Assembly: GCA_963745075.1 (NCBI GenBank)
Contig: CAVUWV010000008.1
Coordinates: forward strand, 320,001-384,000
Source of the DNA: Candidatus Hydrogenedentota bacterium
GTDB taxonomy: Bacteria; Hydrogenedentota; Hydrogenedentia; Hydrogenedentales; SLHB01
Direction of reading: 5' to 3'
DNA length: 64,000 bases
The translations under genes and the position numbers were made by a program. The notes under the pieces were generated by a model, which ran no database searches, was not told where the DNA came from, and worked only from the letters and a program-made list of their open reading frames with translations. Below, piece by piece: positions 16,808 to 25,926 of this stretch. How positions within the stretch are numbered: the first letter of the stretch is position 1; each line of letters starts with the position of its first letter.

Positions 16808-19792
16808 CTACTGCGCCAAACCTTCGCCAGGCACCCCGTAGAGCCAAGGGCCTGCTGTGCCGGGGCCAATCTCCACGACAAGCGTGTCGCCTTCCCGGTG
16901 GGAGTCTACAGCGTTGCCACGGCTGCCCGGCGTTGGACCTTCGGCGAAGAGCTGCAATCCCACCGGCAGATGCGCGGCGGGAATGCGCAGCGTACCTTTG
17001 CCGCGCGCGAGGATCTGCACGACAGCGCCACCCGGAACGCGGCGGGCTTCCGCCACCGGCGCCCAGGCAACCTGCCCGAAGGGTGCATCGCCGAAGGCGT
17101 AGGTGACGCCGTCCACCGTGACGGAAGCACATGAATTCCCGGCGAAAGCAATCAGGTTGTTGGCCTCGTCCATTCGGACTGCAACCGCGTTGCGGCCGTC
17201 GTAGTCGATGGTGTGACCCGCGACCGTGAAGCCGGCGAGATGGATCTCATCCGAGGGCGGCGGATTCTTTTCGAGATACGCGGCGTCTTCTTCCTGGTTG
17301 CGGGCGAAACCGCCCGGCCAACCTTCTTCCATCGCGCGGAAATGCGGCGCAACCGCGATCGTGCCGTTGGGAAAGCGGCAGGCGAGAAACTCGGTCGTGC
17401 GGGAAAGGTAATCCGGATTGTCGTTGACGCCTGCAAACACGCCGGTGGCGGGATATGCGCCCAATGCGTCCAGCACCTCGAACCAAGTGCGGGCTTCATA
17501 CCCGAGGCTGGCCGCCTGATCGTCGCGCGGACGGAATCCCAGGTACGTCAAACTGCCACCCGAATTCGTCGGCCGCACTGCGCCGACGGTCCAATCCTGC
17601 ACCGTGGCCGCGGCCGCCGATCCGTCGCGCGGCGTGGCGGGATATATGCGGTCCACGATGAAATCCGTGAGAATCGCCTGCGGCGGCACCGCGGCCAGCG
17701 GTCCCGTGAACTGGACCTCCCGGCCCGGGACGATGAGTCCGTCGCCCGGTTCCGGTGTGTAGTCCACGCCGAACAAATCGTTCCATGCGGCGGTAACCGG
17801 TTTGCCGTCCGCATCGACCACCGGCGGCGGACCGGACCAGATCACCCGCCCGCCCTGTGCAGCAAGGTCCTGCATCATGGTCATCAATTGCGCGCTCGGG
17901 AAAGGCTCGAACAAGGTCGCCAACGTAGTAAAGCGCCGCTCCGCCACTTCGATGGCGCCGTCGCGCACCACGCCGCGCTCCAGCAGTTTAGCTTGCGTGA
18001 TGTAGTTTGTGTAGCCGTACTGGGTCATCCAACTTCCGAACCGTTCCTCGGCGGCGACAAGGTCGATGGGGTAGAGCATGAGCACGTCGCAGTCGCGGTG
18101 CTGCGCTTCTTCGACCAACATGAACGGCGGCGACGCGGCGGCCCCGTACACGTCCACCAACGCGTGACGCCGCTGCGACAGCGCGCCCGGCATGCCCCAA
18201 TGGGCCGCGTAGGAGTAGGGCACCTCGTTCAGAATCCCCGTCGAGCAGGCCAGCGCCATGGCGAAATAGTCGCGGTCGAGCCAGCCGCCTTCTGCATGGT
18301 CGTTGCCGTTGCCGGTCAGGAAGTCGCCCCACTTGAAGTAGTCGTAACACGCCGACGCGGCCTGATGCACCGTGTCGGACCAGATGAAGTTCGACGTGTA
18401 TTCGTACTGGTTCCGCTGATGGTTCTGGCGGCCCGTGTTCCACTTGTCGATGGTGGGACTCTCCGCCCACGTGGCATGGGCGCGCGCCTGGAGACGGTGC
18501 CCCATGCGCTGTTCCGCGTGATCCTTGGCCGCGGCGAAAAGATCGACCACGCCGTCTTGCAAGAAGTGGTAATACCGCGCGCGGAACAAGGCGGTTTGGC
18601 TGATGGCTTCCGCGGAATCGCCGAAGGTATGCATGATGCCCTGTTTCGCGCTGAGGTCCGAGGCCGTGTCTTCCTGGCCGTAGCAGAAGTAAACAAGGTA
18701 CTTCGCGAAATCGCGGTATTGGTCGCCGTACCGATCGGCAAAACGGTTCACGAAACCGGGGCTTACGTAGCGCACGGTGAATTCGCCGTTATCGTGGTGA
18801 TTGAAATACGCCCAGTCCTGTTGGATGTGCATTTCGTCGGAGTAGAGCCCGTTCAACTTCACGCCCGCGTCGGCGTACTTGTCGATAAGGCCGGTCAGAT
18901 AAGGCAGCGCCTTGTCGCTGAAATAGTCCATCTCCGGTGTGCGGTAGGTCTGGACCACCAGCACCCGATCACGATCCCCGATGTCTGTGTGGCCTTCGCC
19001 GAAGATCCGCACGCGCCGCGCGCGGAAGTCTCCCGCTCTCCGCACCGCGCCCTCCCAGGGTTCCACTTTCGCCACGTCGGTAATTTCCACGATGGAGCCG
19101 GGATCGACCGCGCGGTAGCTCGTTCCACGCACGCCGTGTTCCGCGAACGCGAAGACCCGTACGCCCGCGTCTTCGAGATCGATGGGGCCCTTGTTGTTCG
19201 ACCAGCGCTGATGTTGCCAGAGCTGCACGCTGAACGCGCCGGTCTTCGTGTCGCGTACGCCTTTCCGGTACTGCATCCACACGCCCGACTCGCCCGTCGC
19301 CGCGCGGTACGCGGGCCCGATCTCGAGGGGGCTGAGCAGGCTCAGCTCGAGCCCAAGCCCGTACCCTTCGGCGAATTTCGCGATGGCCGCCATGCGCTGA
19401 ACGTACTCGTCCATGTCCGGCGTCAGACGCCGCGGTTTCGCTGCCTGACCCGGACGGTACTGGCTGAAGAAGTGGTCGAACGCGATGACGAGCGTGCGAT
19501 TGCCCGCGGCCTGCGCCCGCTCGCAGATCGCCCGCAACGAGTCCTCGTGGGGATTGCGCCCCGTCGTCATATCGAAGACTTTGTCCGGGTCGGAGAGAAA
19601 CTCGAGTTCTTCGTCGCTCACGAGAATGATGTGCGGCCGTCCGAGCATGAAGGCCCACGGTCCGGGAAAGGCGATGAGATCGCCTTGATACACGTCCTCG
19701 GGTACGGGCGGCGCGTCGGCTGCGTGACTGGCAAAGACACCGCAGGCGAAAACGAAAACGGCGATAAACAAACCATGCGAAAACCGAGTCAT
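16808..19792 (-). CDS. Large secreted glycoside-hydrolase-like hypothetical protein
   Basis: Signal peptide ending ASHA-A; YSDEMHI acidic motif; C-terminal half resembles a glutamine-amidotransferase-like/beta-galactosidase trimerisation domain. Family uncertain. Confidence 0.5.
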   Translation of the reverse strand: MTRFSHGLFIAVFVFACGVFASHAADAPPVPEDVYQGDLIAFPGPWAFMLGRPHIILVSDEELEFLSDPDKVFDMTTGRNPHEDSLRAICERAQAAGNRTLVIAFDHFFSQYRPGQAAKPRRLTPDMDEYVQRMAAIAKFAEGYGLGLELSLLSPLEIGPAYRAATGESGVWMQYRKGVRDTKTGAFSVQLWQHQRWSNNKGPIDLEDAGVRVFAFAEHGVRGTSYRAVDPGSIVEITDVAKVEPWEGAVRRAGDFRARRVRIFGEGHTDIGDRDRVLVVQTYRTPEMDYFSDKALPYLTGLIDKYADAGVKLNGLYSDEMHIQQDWAYFNHHDNGEFTVRYVSPGFVNRFADRYGDQYRDFAKYLVYFCYGQEDTASDLSAKQGIMHTFGDSAEAISQTALFRARYYHFLQDGVVDLFAAAKDHAEQRMGHRLQARAHATWAESPTIDKWNTGRQNHQRNQYEYTSNFIWSDTVHQAASACYDYFKWGDFLTGNGNDHAEGGWLDRDYFAMALACSTGILNEVPYSYAAHWGMPGALSQRRHALVDVYGAAASPPFMLVEEAQHRDCDVLMLYPIDLVAAEERFGSWMTQYGYTNYITQAKLLERGVVRDGAIEVAERRFTTLATLFEPFPSAQLMTMMQDLAAQGGRVIWSGPPPVVDADGKPVTAAWNDLFGVDYTPEPGDGLIVPGREVQFTGPLAAVPPQAILTDFIVDRIYPATPRDGSAAAATVQDWTVGAVRPTNSGGSLTYLGFRPRDDQAASLGYEARTWFEVLDALGAYPATGVFAGVNDNPDYLSRTTEFLACRFPNGTIAVAPHFRAMEEGWPGGFARNQEEDAAYLEKNPPPSDEIHLAGFTVAGHTIDYDGRNAVAVRMDEANNLIAFAGNSCASVTVDGVTYAFGDAPFGQVAWAPVAEARRVPGGAVVQILARGKGTLRIPAAHLPVGLQLFAEGPTPGSRGNAVDSHREGDTLVVEIGPGTAGPWLYGVPGEGLAQ

Positions 19793-19832
19793 TGGTGTGA
19801 TCCCCTTTTCAAGGTGATGTCCAAAGAATGGA

Positions 19833-19961
19833 GGGACAGCAGGGACACCAGCGACAACAAGGACCAATTTCAAAAATACCCCCCAGCGCGGCTATTCCCG
19901 GGGACGTTGTAAGCCATCATACGTCTTCGTCCCTGCTGTCTCTGATGTCCTTGCTGTCCCT
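19833..19961. repeat. Inverted pair of family E 9-nt periodic repeats
   Basis: GGGACAGCAGGGACACCAGCGACAACAAGGAC and GTCCCTGCTGTCTCTGATGTCCTTGCTGTCCC. Confidence 0.7.
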
Positions 19962-20102
19962 GTATCAATCCGCGCGCGCTTCTGGCTACTACCGCCATTC
20001 GTACTCAATCACACGCGCGTCGCGCACGCGTTGACCCGCCTTGCCCTTCACGCCCTACAATTCACGGATTGGTGCAACGAACCCACGCGGGAGGAGCGGC
20101 AT

Positions 20103-22106
20103 ATGTGGATGGCGACGATGGTACTCATGACGGCGACGGTGGGCGCGGGACCGCACCCGCACATCCTGGGACCGCTGCCGAACGGCGCCCCGCCGGCCGA
20201 AATGATGACCCTCTACCTGCGCGGAAAGTTGCTCGATGCCTTCGACCACCGCGCGGAGGTCCTCGAACAGGACCTCGCGACGCCGGAGAGCATCCTCGCG
20301 CGCGGCCAGCGCATGCGCGACTTCTTCGTCCAGCAACTCGGCGGCTGGCCGGAGAAAACGCCCTTGAACCCGCAAGTCGTCGGCGGTGACGAACGCGATG
20401 GGTTCCGCTACGAGAAGATCATCTACGAGAGCCGTCCCAACTTTTTCGTCACGGCGATTCTGTATCTTCCCGTGACCGACGGACCTTATCCGGCCGTCCT
20501 GGTGCCGTGCGGACACGACGCCACCGGTAAAGCCGCCGAAGCGTATCAACGCGCGGCGATATTCCTTGCTCACAATGGCGTCGCGGCCATGATCTACGAT
20601 CCCATCGGCCAGGGCGAACGTAGCCAGTTGCTTGACGCCGACGGCAAACAAAAGTACGGCGCGACCATCGAGCACACGATGACCGCGGTGAGCTGTATCC
20701 CGCTCGGACTCAACGTGGCGGGCTACCGCATCTGGGACGGCATCCGCGGCATCGATTACCTGTGCAGCCGCGACGACATCGATCCCGCGCGCATCGGGTG
20801 CACGGGCAACTCCGGCGGCGGCACCCTGACCAGCTACATCATGGCGCTGGACGAGCGCGTCCAATGCGCTGCACCGAGTTGTTACATCACGTCGTTGAAG
20901 AACCTCATCATCAAGGACGGGCCCCACGACGGCGAACAGAATATCGCGGGCGCGCTCGGATTCGGGATGGACCAAGGCGACTACATTCTCATGCGCGCGC
21001 CGAAACCGACGCTTATCTGTTGCGCCACGCGCGACTTCTTTCCCATCGCGGGAACCTGGGACTCCTTTCGCATTGCCAAGCGCGCGTATACGAAGCTCGG
21101 ATTTGAAGAGCGCGTGAACCTCGCCGAAGCCGACGAACAACACGGCTACACGCCGCTGCTGCGCCAGGCCATGGCGCGCTGGATGCTCCGTTGGCTGAAG
21201 GGCCTCGACGAACCTGTCGTTGAAGGCGATTTCGATGTGTTGACCGACGAAGAAGTGCAAGTCACGCCGAAAGGCCAGGTGCTACTGCTGGACGGCGCGA
21301 AATCGGTCTTCGACATCAACGCCGAAGTCGACGCAACGTTGGCGGAATCGCGCAAGACGGAGCCGAAGGAAAATGTACTCACGAAGGTTCGGGAGATCAC
21401 GGGGATTCGTCCCCTGGCGGATTTGCCCGAACCCAACGTCGTTGTCGTATCGGAAACGAAAGAAGACGGGTATGCGCTGCGCCGCGTCGTGCTCACGCCC
21501 GAGATTGGTATCGAACTCCCGGCGTACGTCTATGTTCCCGAGGCTTTCAACGGTGAAGCGGTCTGTGCCGTCGCAGCCGACAAAGGGGATATCGATGCCG
21601 ATTCCCTTGCCGTTCTCGCGCGGGGAGGCGCTCTAGTCATCGCGCCGGACCTGCGCGGGCTCGGTGAAACGACGTCCAACTGGACCCACGGCGAGGCCTG
21701 GGACCAGGCCTTCGGTCCCGGCTACAAGGCCACGGCCCTCGCGTATCTCCTGGGCCGTCCGATCCTCACGATGCGCGCCGAAGACGTGCTCGTGTGCAGC
21801 CGGTTTGCGGCCACGTACGAAAACGGCGGCGCACCGCGCCAAGTGCAGCTCCTCGCGCAAGGCGTCGCCGGTCCGCCCGCCCTGCACGCCGCCGCCCTCG
21901 AGCCCGACCTCTTCAGCAAGGTGCGGCTCGAACGCGCGCTTCTGTCCTGGTCCAGCGTTGTGCGCACCCCCGAAACCGTGCGGCAATACGAAAACACCGT
22001 CCACGGCGCCCTCCGCGCCTATGACCTGACCGACCTGGTCGCCTCGCTGGGCGACAAAGCGGAACTCATCGACCCGACCGACGCGCAGGGGCAACTGATT
22101 TACTAA
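20103..22106 (+). CDS. Acetyl xylan esterase-like alpha/beta hydrolase (duplicated hydrolase domains)
   Basis: PAVLVPCGH, DPIGQGER, GNSGGG nucleophile, DFFP, HGY; second degenerate domain with DLRGLGET. Confidence 0.8.
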   Translation: MWMATMVLMTATVGAGPHPHILGPLPNGAPPAEMMTLYLRGKLLDAFDHRAEVLEQDLATPESILARGQRMRDFFVQQLGGWPEKTPLNPQVVGGDERDGFRYEKIIYESRPNFFVTAILYLPVTDGPYPAVLVPCGHDATGKAAEAYQRAAIFLAHNGVAAMIYDPIGQGERSQLLDADGKQKYGATIEHTMTAVSCIPLGLNVAGYRIWDGIRGIDYLCSRDDIDPARIGCTGNSGGGTLTSYIMALDERVQCAAPSCYITSLKNLIIKDGPHDGEQNIAGALGFGMDQGDYILMRAPKPTLICCATRDFFPIAGTWDSFRIAKRAYTKLGFEERVNLAEADEQHGYTPLLRQAMARWMLRWLKGLDEPVVEGDFDVLTDEEVQVTPKGQVLLLDGAKSVFDINAEVDATLAESRKTEPKENVLTKVREITGIRPLADLPEPNVVVVSETKEDGYALRRVVLTPEIGIELPAYVYVPEAFNGEAVCAVAADKGDIDADSLAVLARGGALVIAPDLRGLGETTSNWTHGEAWDQAFGPGYKATALAYLLGRPILTMRAEDVLVCSRFAATYENGGAPRQVQLLAQGVAGPPALHAAALEPDLFSKVRLERALLSWSSVVRTPETVRQYENTVHGALRAYDLTDLVASLGDKAELIDPTDAQGQLIY

Positions 22107-22164
22107 GCGATACCTGGGGATATGCAACCGCCAGAAGCCGATTTCGCGTGGCTGTGGACGGCTT

Positions 22165-22191
22165 GTAATACGATTTCTTAAAATGTAATAC
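22165..22191 (+). promoter_or_regulatory. Candidate NikR-type operator GTAATAC-N13-GTAATAC
   Basis: Two near-palindromic GTAWTAC half-sites with an AT-rich spacer, 35 bp upstream of the metal transporter operon. Confidence 0.55.
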
Positions 22192-22226
22192 TCCATGCGG
22201 AACCGTACCACGTCGGAGGTAACCGC

Positions 22227-23012
22227 ATGAGCCGTATTACGTTCGCGCTGACCGGCCTGCTGGCCGTTCTTTTACCCGCCCCGGCATTTGCCCATTTCCA
22301 GGTGCTGCGTCCCTCGACGGACGTCGTGCACGCGGGTTCGACGAAAAACGTGACCCTCGATCTCGTGTTCACCCATCCCCTGGAAAACGGCCCGGTCATG
22401 GAAATGGCGACTCCCCGGCGGTTCGGCGTCCTGGTTGGCGGCGAAACGAAAGACCTGATGTCCCTGTTGACACCGGTGACGATTCAGGGCAAGCAGGCCT
22501 TCACCGCGACCTATGCGATCGATGCGCCCGGCGCTCACGTGTTCTTCGTCGAGCCCGCGCCCTACTGGGAACCCGAGGAGAAGAAGTCGATCGTCCACTA
22601 CACGAAAGTCGTCGTCGAAGCCTACGGCCTGCGCGAAGGGTGGGACGCCCTCGTCGGCTTCCCCGTCGAAATCGAACCGCTCACCCGTCCGTACGGATTG
22701 TGGACCGGCAACGTGTTCCAGGGTCTTGTGCGAAAGGATGAGAATCCCGTCCCCTTCGCCACCGTGGAAGTCGAATACCTGAACGACAAGAACGAAGTGG
22801 AACCACCGAATGACGCGCTGGTAACCCAGGTGATCAAGGCCGACGCAAACGGGGTCTTTACTTACGCTATGCCGCGCGCGGGATGGTGGGGTTTCGCCGC
22901 GCTGATCGACGGCGACGAAAGACTCCCCGGCCCCGACGGCAAACTAGCCGACGTTGAATTGGGTGGATTGATCTGGGTGAAAACCGTGGATATGACATCC
23001 GCGAAGCGTTGA
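22227..23012 (+). CDS. DUF4198 periplasmic Ni/Co-binding protein
   Basis: Signal peptide AFA then HFQ; FTHP, EPAPYWEP, RPYGLW, GWWGFAAL. Confidence 0.85.
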   Translation: MSRITFALTGLLAVLLPAPAFAHFQVLRPSTDVVHAGSTKNVTLDLVFTHPLENGPVMEMATPRRFGVLVGGETKDLMSLLTPVTIQGKQAFTATYAIDAPGAHVFFVEPAPYWEPEEKKSIVHYTKVVVEAYGLREGWDALVGFPVEIEPLTRPYGLWTGNVFQGLVRKDENPVPFATVEVEYLNDKNEVEPPNDALVTQVIKADANGVFTYAMPRAGWWGFAALIDGDERLPGPDGKLADVELGGLIWVKTVDMTSAKR

Positions 23013-23019
23013 GGACCCC

Positions 23020-23652
23020 ATGCATCTAGCCGAAGGAATCGTTCCCCTGCCTGTACTCGCCGGTGGCGCGGTATTGGCCGCGGGCGGCGTGGCCATGGGA
23101 CTGCGCAAGCTCGATGAAGACCGCATCGTGCCCGTGGCGGTGATGGGGTCGGCATTGTTTGTCGCGTCATTGATACACGTTCCCGTGGGTCCCGCCGCGG
23201 CCCATCTCGTGTTGAACGGATTGGCAGGGCTTATTCTCGGTTGGGCCGTGTTTCCCGCCATGTTGGTCGCGCTGTTGCTCCAGGCGATTTTCTTCGGTTT
23301 TGGCGGCCTGACTACGCTCGGCGTCAACACCTTCAACATGGCCCTGCCGGGCGTACTATGTTTCCTGTTCCTCGGCCGTTTCATGAACGGCCGCGGCGCG
23401 CGCGGAGATTTCATCATTGGATTTGCCGCCGGGGTCCTGGGAATCGCGCTCTCCTGCGTACTGCTCGCGCTGACCTTGCTTACCGCCGGGCGCGAATTCT
23501 TCGCGTTGAGTTCCGCCGTGCTGCTCGCGCATCTGCCCCTAATGTTCCTGGAGGGAATCGTCACGGGTTCCGCCGTGGTGTTTCTGCGCAAAGTCCGGCC
23601 CGAGACCTTCTCCCTCGGGGCAGGAACGCATTGGAGTGCGGAACATGCGTAG
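23020..23652 (+). CDS. cbiM: ECF transporter S component CbiM/NikM
   Basis: N-terminal MHLAEG metal ligand; IHVP, HLVLNGL, LQAIFFGFGG. Confidence 0.9.
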   Translation: MHLAEGIVPLPVLAGGAVLAAGGVAMGLRKLDEDRIVPVAVMGSALFVASLIHVPVGPAAAHLVLNGLAGLILGWAVFPAMLVALLLQAIFFGFGGLTTLGVNTFNMALPGVLCFLFLGRFMNGRGARGDFIIGFAAGVLGIALSCVLLALTLLTAGREFFALSSAVLLAHLPLMFLEGIVTGSAVVFLRKVRPETFSLGAGTHWSAEHA

Positions 23653-24256
23653 CGGCGTTATGCGAGTCTGTGTGTGTTGCACGCTGATGATGACCGCCAT
23701 TCCGCTCGCTTATGCCCATGCGCTCTATGTCTTCGCCACCGCAAACGACGGCGTTATACACGGAAAAACCTATTACCCATCCGGCCCCGCGGCGGGCATC
23801 CCGGTAACCGTGTTCGGCCCAAACGACGAAGTGTTGGGTACGATGAAATCCGGCCACGACGGAACCTTCACGTGGACGCCCACCAAAAACTGCGATCTGC
23901 GCTTCGTCGCCGAGACCCCCGAAGGCCATCGCGGAGAATTCACCATCGCCGCCGCGGAACTCCCCGGCACACTTCCGAAGTCCGAAACAGAGCCGCCCAC
24001 CGCTGCATCCGACGGATCGGACCGATCGGTCGGAGCCGCCCGATCTTCTCAGCAGGCAGCGGCCGAACCTCCCGCCGATCTGCAGCAACTCGTCGAAGAC
24101 GCGGTCAGCCGCGAGATCCGGCCGCTCCGCGAACAGATTGATGCCGCCGAACACCGCGCGCGGTTTCGCGACATCGTGGGCGGCATCGGTTACATCGTCG
24201 GCGTGGCCGGACTCTTCGCATTCTGGAAGAGTCGGGCAACCAGAGACCCACGCTGA
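23645..24256 (+). CDS. CbiL/NikL-like accessory ECF component
   Basis: Signal peptide AYA then His; GH motif; C-terminal RDIVGGIGYIVG TM. Confidence 0.7.
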   Translation: MRSGVMRVCVCCTLMMTAIPLAYAHALYVFATANDGVIHGKTYYPSGPAAGIPVTVFGPNDEVLGTMKSGHDGTFTWTPTKNCDLRFVAETPEGHRGEFTIAAAELPGTLPKSETEPPTAASDGSDRSVGAARSSQQAAAEPPADLQQLVEDAVSREIRPLREQIDAAEHRARFRDIVGGIGYIVGVAGLFAFWKSRATRDPR

Positions 24257-24257
24257 C

Positions 24258-25008
24258 GTGTTTACGGACGCCTTTCTCCACCTCGACTCCCCGATTCACC
24301 GGATCGACGCGCGCTTGCGCGTGCTGGTAGCCGTGGTATGGTCCTTCGCTGTCGCCGCCGTGCACGGTCCCGTTGCGGTGGCTGTAGGACTCGGTGCCGC
24401 CGTCATCTTGGCCGCAACGGCACGCTTGCCTCTAGGGGCTACGTTACGTCGATTGATCCCGTTGAACCTCTTTCTCATCGTGCTTTGCATCCTGCTGCCC
24501 TTGACCACGCCCGGTCCGGCTCTCTTCCATGTGCACACCGTAGCTGTGACGCGGCCGGGGGTGTTGGCGGCCTTCATCATTACCGCCCGCGCCAACGCCA
24601 TCGTCCTGATCCTTACCGCGCTGCTGACCACGATGGAGACGGCGGACCTGGGCCGGGCGCTGCGCGCGCTCCGCGTGCCGCCGAAGCTGGTCACGCTTTT
24701 TCTTCTCACCGGCCGGTACATCTTCGTGCTCCAGACCGAATACCAGCGGCTGCGGACGATCCATGCGCGTCCGCGCCTTTCGTCCCCGCACGAATCGGCA
24801 CACGTTGCGCACGCTGGGCTACCTGGTCGGGATGCTCGCGGTAAACGGGTTCGATCGGTCCGAGCGAATTCTGCACGCCATGAAATGCCGGGGCTACACC
24901 GGCGCGTTTCCCATGACAGAACCTTCGCCGATTGGCAGGGGCGACATCGGATTCGGCGCCATCGCGATGGCGTTCCTCGCCGTCGTTTTCTGGGCCAACA
25001 CGCTATGA
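24258..25008 (+). CDS. cbiQ: ECF transporter T component CbiQ/NikQ (frameshift near 24758)
   Basis: IHRIDARLR at N-terminus, LRVPPKL, RYIFVL; second frame continues MRVRAF...AMKCRGY. Confidence 0.85.
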
Positions 25009-25658
25009 ACGGCACGCTCATCAAATTGGATGCGGTCACGTTCCGGTACGACGCGTCCCGCCCCGTGCTCGACAACATCAGCCTGTCGCTCGATGCGGGC
25101 GAACGGGTCGGACTGACCGGCCCCAACGGCTGCGGAAAGACCACGCTTTTGCACCTTCTGGTCGGCCTTCAGAAACCCGCGAGCGGAACCATCACCTGTT
25201 TTGGCGCGCCTCGCCGGACGGAATCCGACTTCCGCGAAGTCCGCCAACGGGTCGGCCTGCTGTTTCAGAATTCCGACGACCAACTCTTCTGTCCTACCGT
25301 GGCCGAAGATGTCATGTTCGGACCCCTAAACCTCGGCAGAAAACACGCCGACGCCCGCCGTCTCACCTCCGAGACGTTGCACCAGGTCGGTCTTGCCGGG
25401 TATGAAGACCGCATCACCTACCGCCTCTCCGGTGGCGAAAAACGGTTGGTCGCATTGGCGACCGTCCTCGCCATGCAGCCTGACGTGCTCCTCCTCGACG
25501 AACCCCTGGCCGGCCTCGATGAAGAACACGAAACACGCATCACCGAAATCTTGTTGCGCTTGCCTCAGGCCATGCTTATCGTCTCCCACGATCGTGGTTT
25601 TCTCGATCGCGTTACTCAACGCATCTGCGTCTTGCGGAACGCGGTATTGGAGGCGTGA
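25005..25658 (+). CDS. cbiO: ECF transporter ATPase CbiO/NikO
   Basis: GPNGCGKT, FQNSDDQLF, LSGGEK, LLLDEP; ATGA overlap with the cbiQ stop. Confidence 0.9.
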   Translation: MNGTLIKLDAVTFRYDASRPVLDNISLSLDAGERVGLTGPNGCGKTTLLHLLVGLQKPASGTITCFGAPRRTESDFREVRQRVGLLFQNSDDQLFCPTVAEDVMFGPLNLGRKHADARRLTSETLHQVGLAGYEDRITYRLSGGEKRLVALATVLAMQPDVLLLDEPLAGLDEEHETRITEILLRLPQAMLIVSHDRGFLDRVTQRICVLRNAVLEA

Positions 25659-25680
25659 ACACCATTGGAAATGTCTCGTC

Positions 25681-25766
25681 CGTAGCTTGGGCGTCCTCGC
25701 CCAAGGAATCTGGGGAGATCAACTATCTCTGGCGCAAGGATCTTGGGCGAGGACGCCCAAGCCACG
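25681..25766. repeat. REPIN-like inverted repeat, family B
   Basis: CGTAGCTTGGGCGTCCTCGCCCAAG and CTTGGGCGAGGACGCCCAAGCCACG. Confidence 0.8.
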
Positions 25767-25926
25767 AAAAACGTTCTCTCCTCGCGCCACACTTTGAAAT
25801 CGCACGCTGTCGCGTGTATAAGTCAGAAAGATCCCTATGCCTATCCGATGCCGTTTTTCATAAACTCATGCGCGATAGAAGTTGACGTAGTACCGGTATT
25901 GCCGAACCACAAAGGACCCTGATTCC

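Noticed and set aside
17213..19912. Long antisense ORFs (899 aa here; also 7926..10514, 3632..5122, 5796..7262)
   Set aside because: Shadow ORFs opposite well-supported genes, expected at high GC content; no recognisable motifs.
24138..25658. CbiQ-CbiO fusion protein (506-aa ORF)
   Set aside because: Caused by a +1 frameshift near 24758; the true CbiQ C-terminus is in another frame and ends at 25008, overlapping the cbiO ATG.
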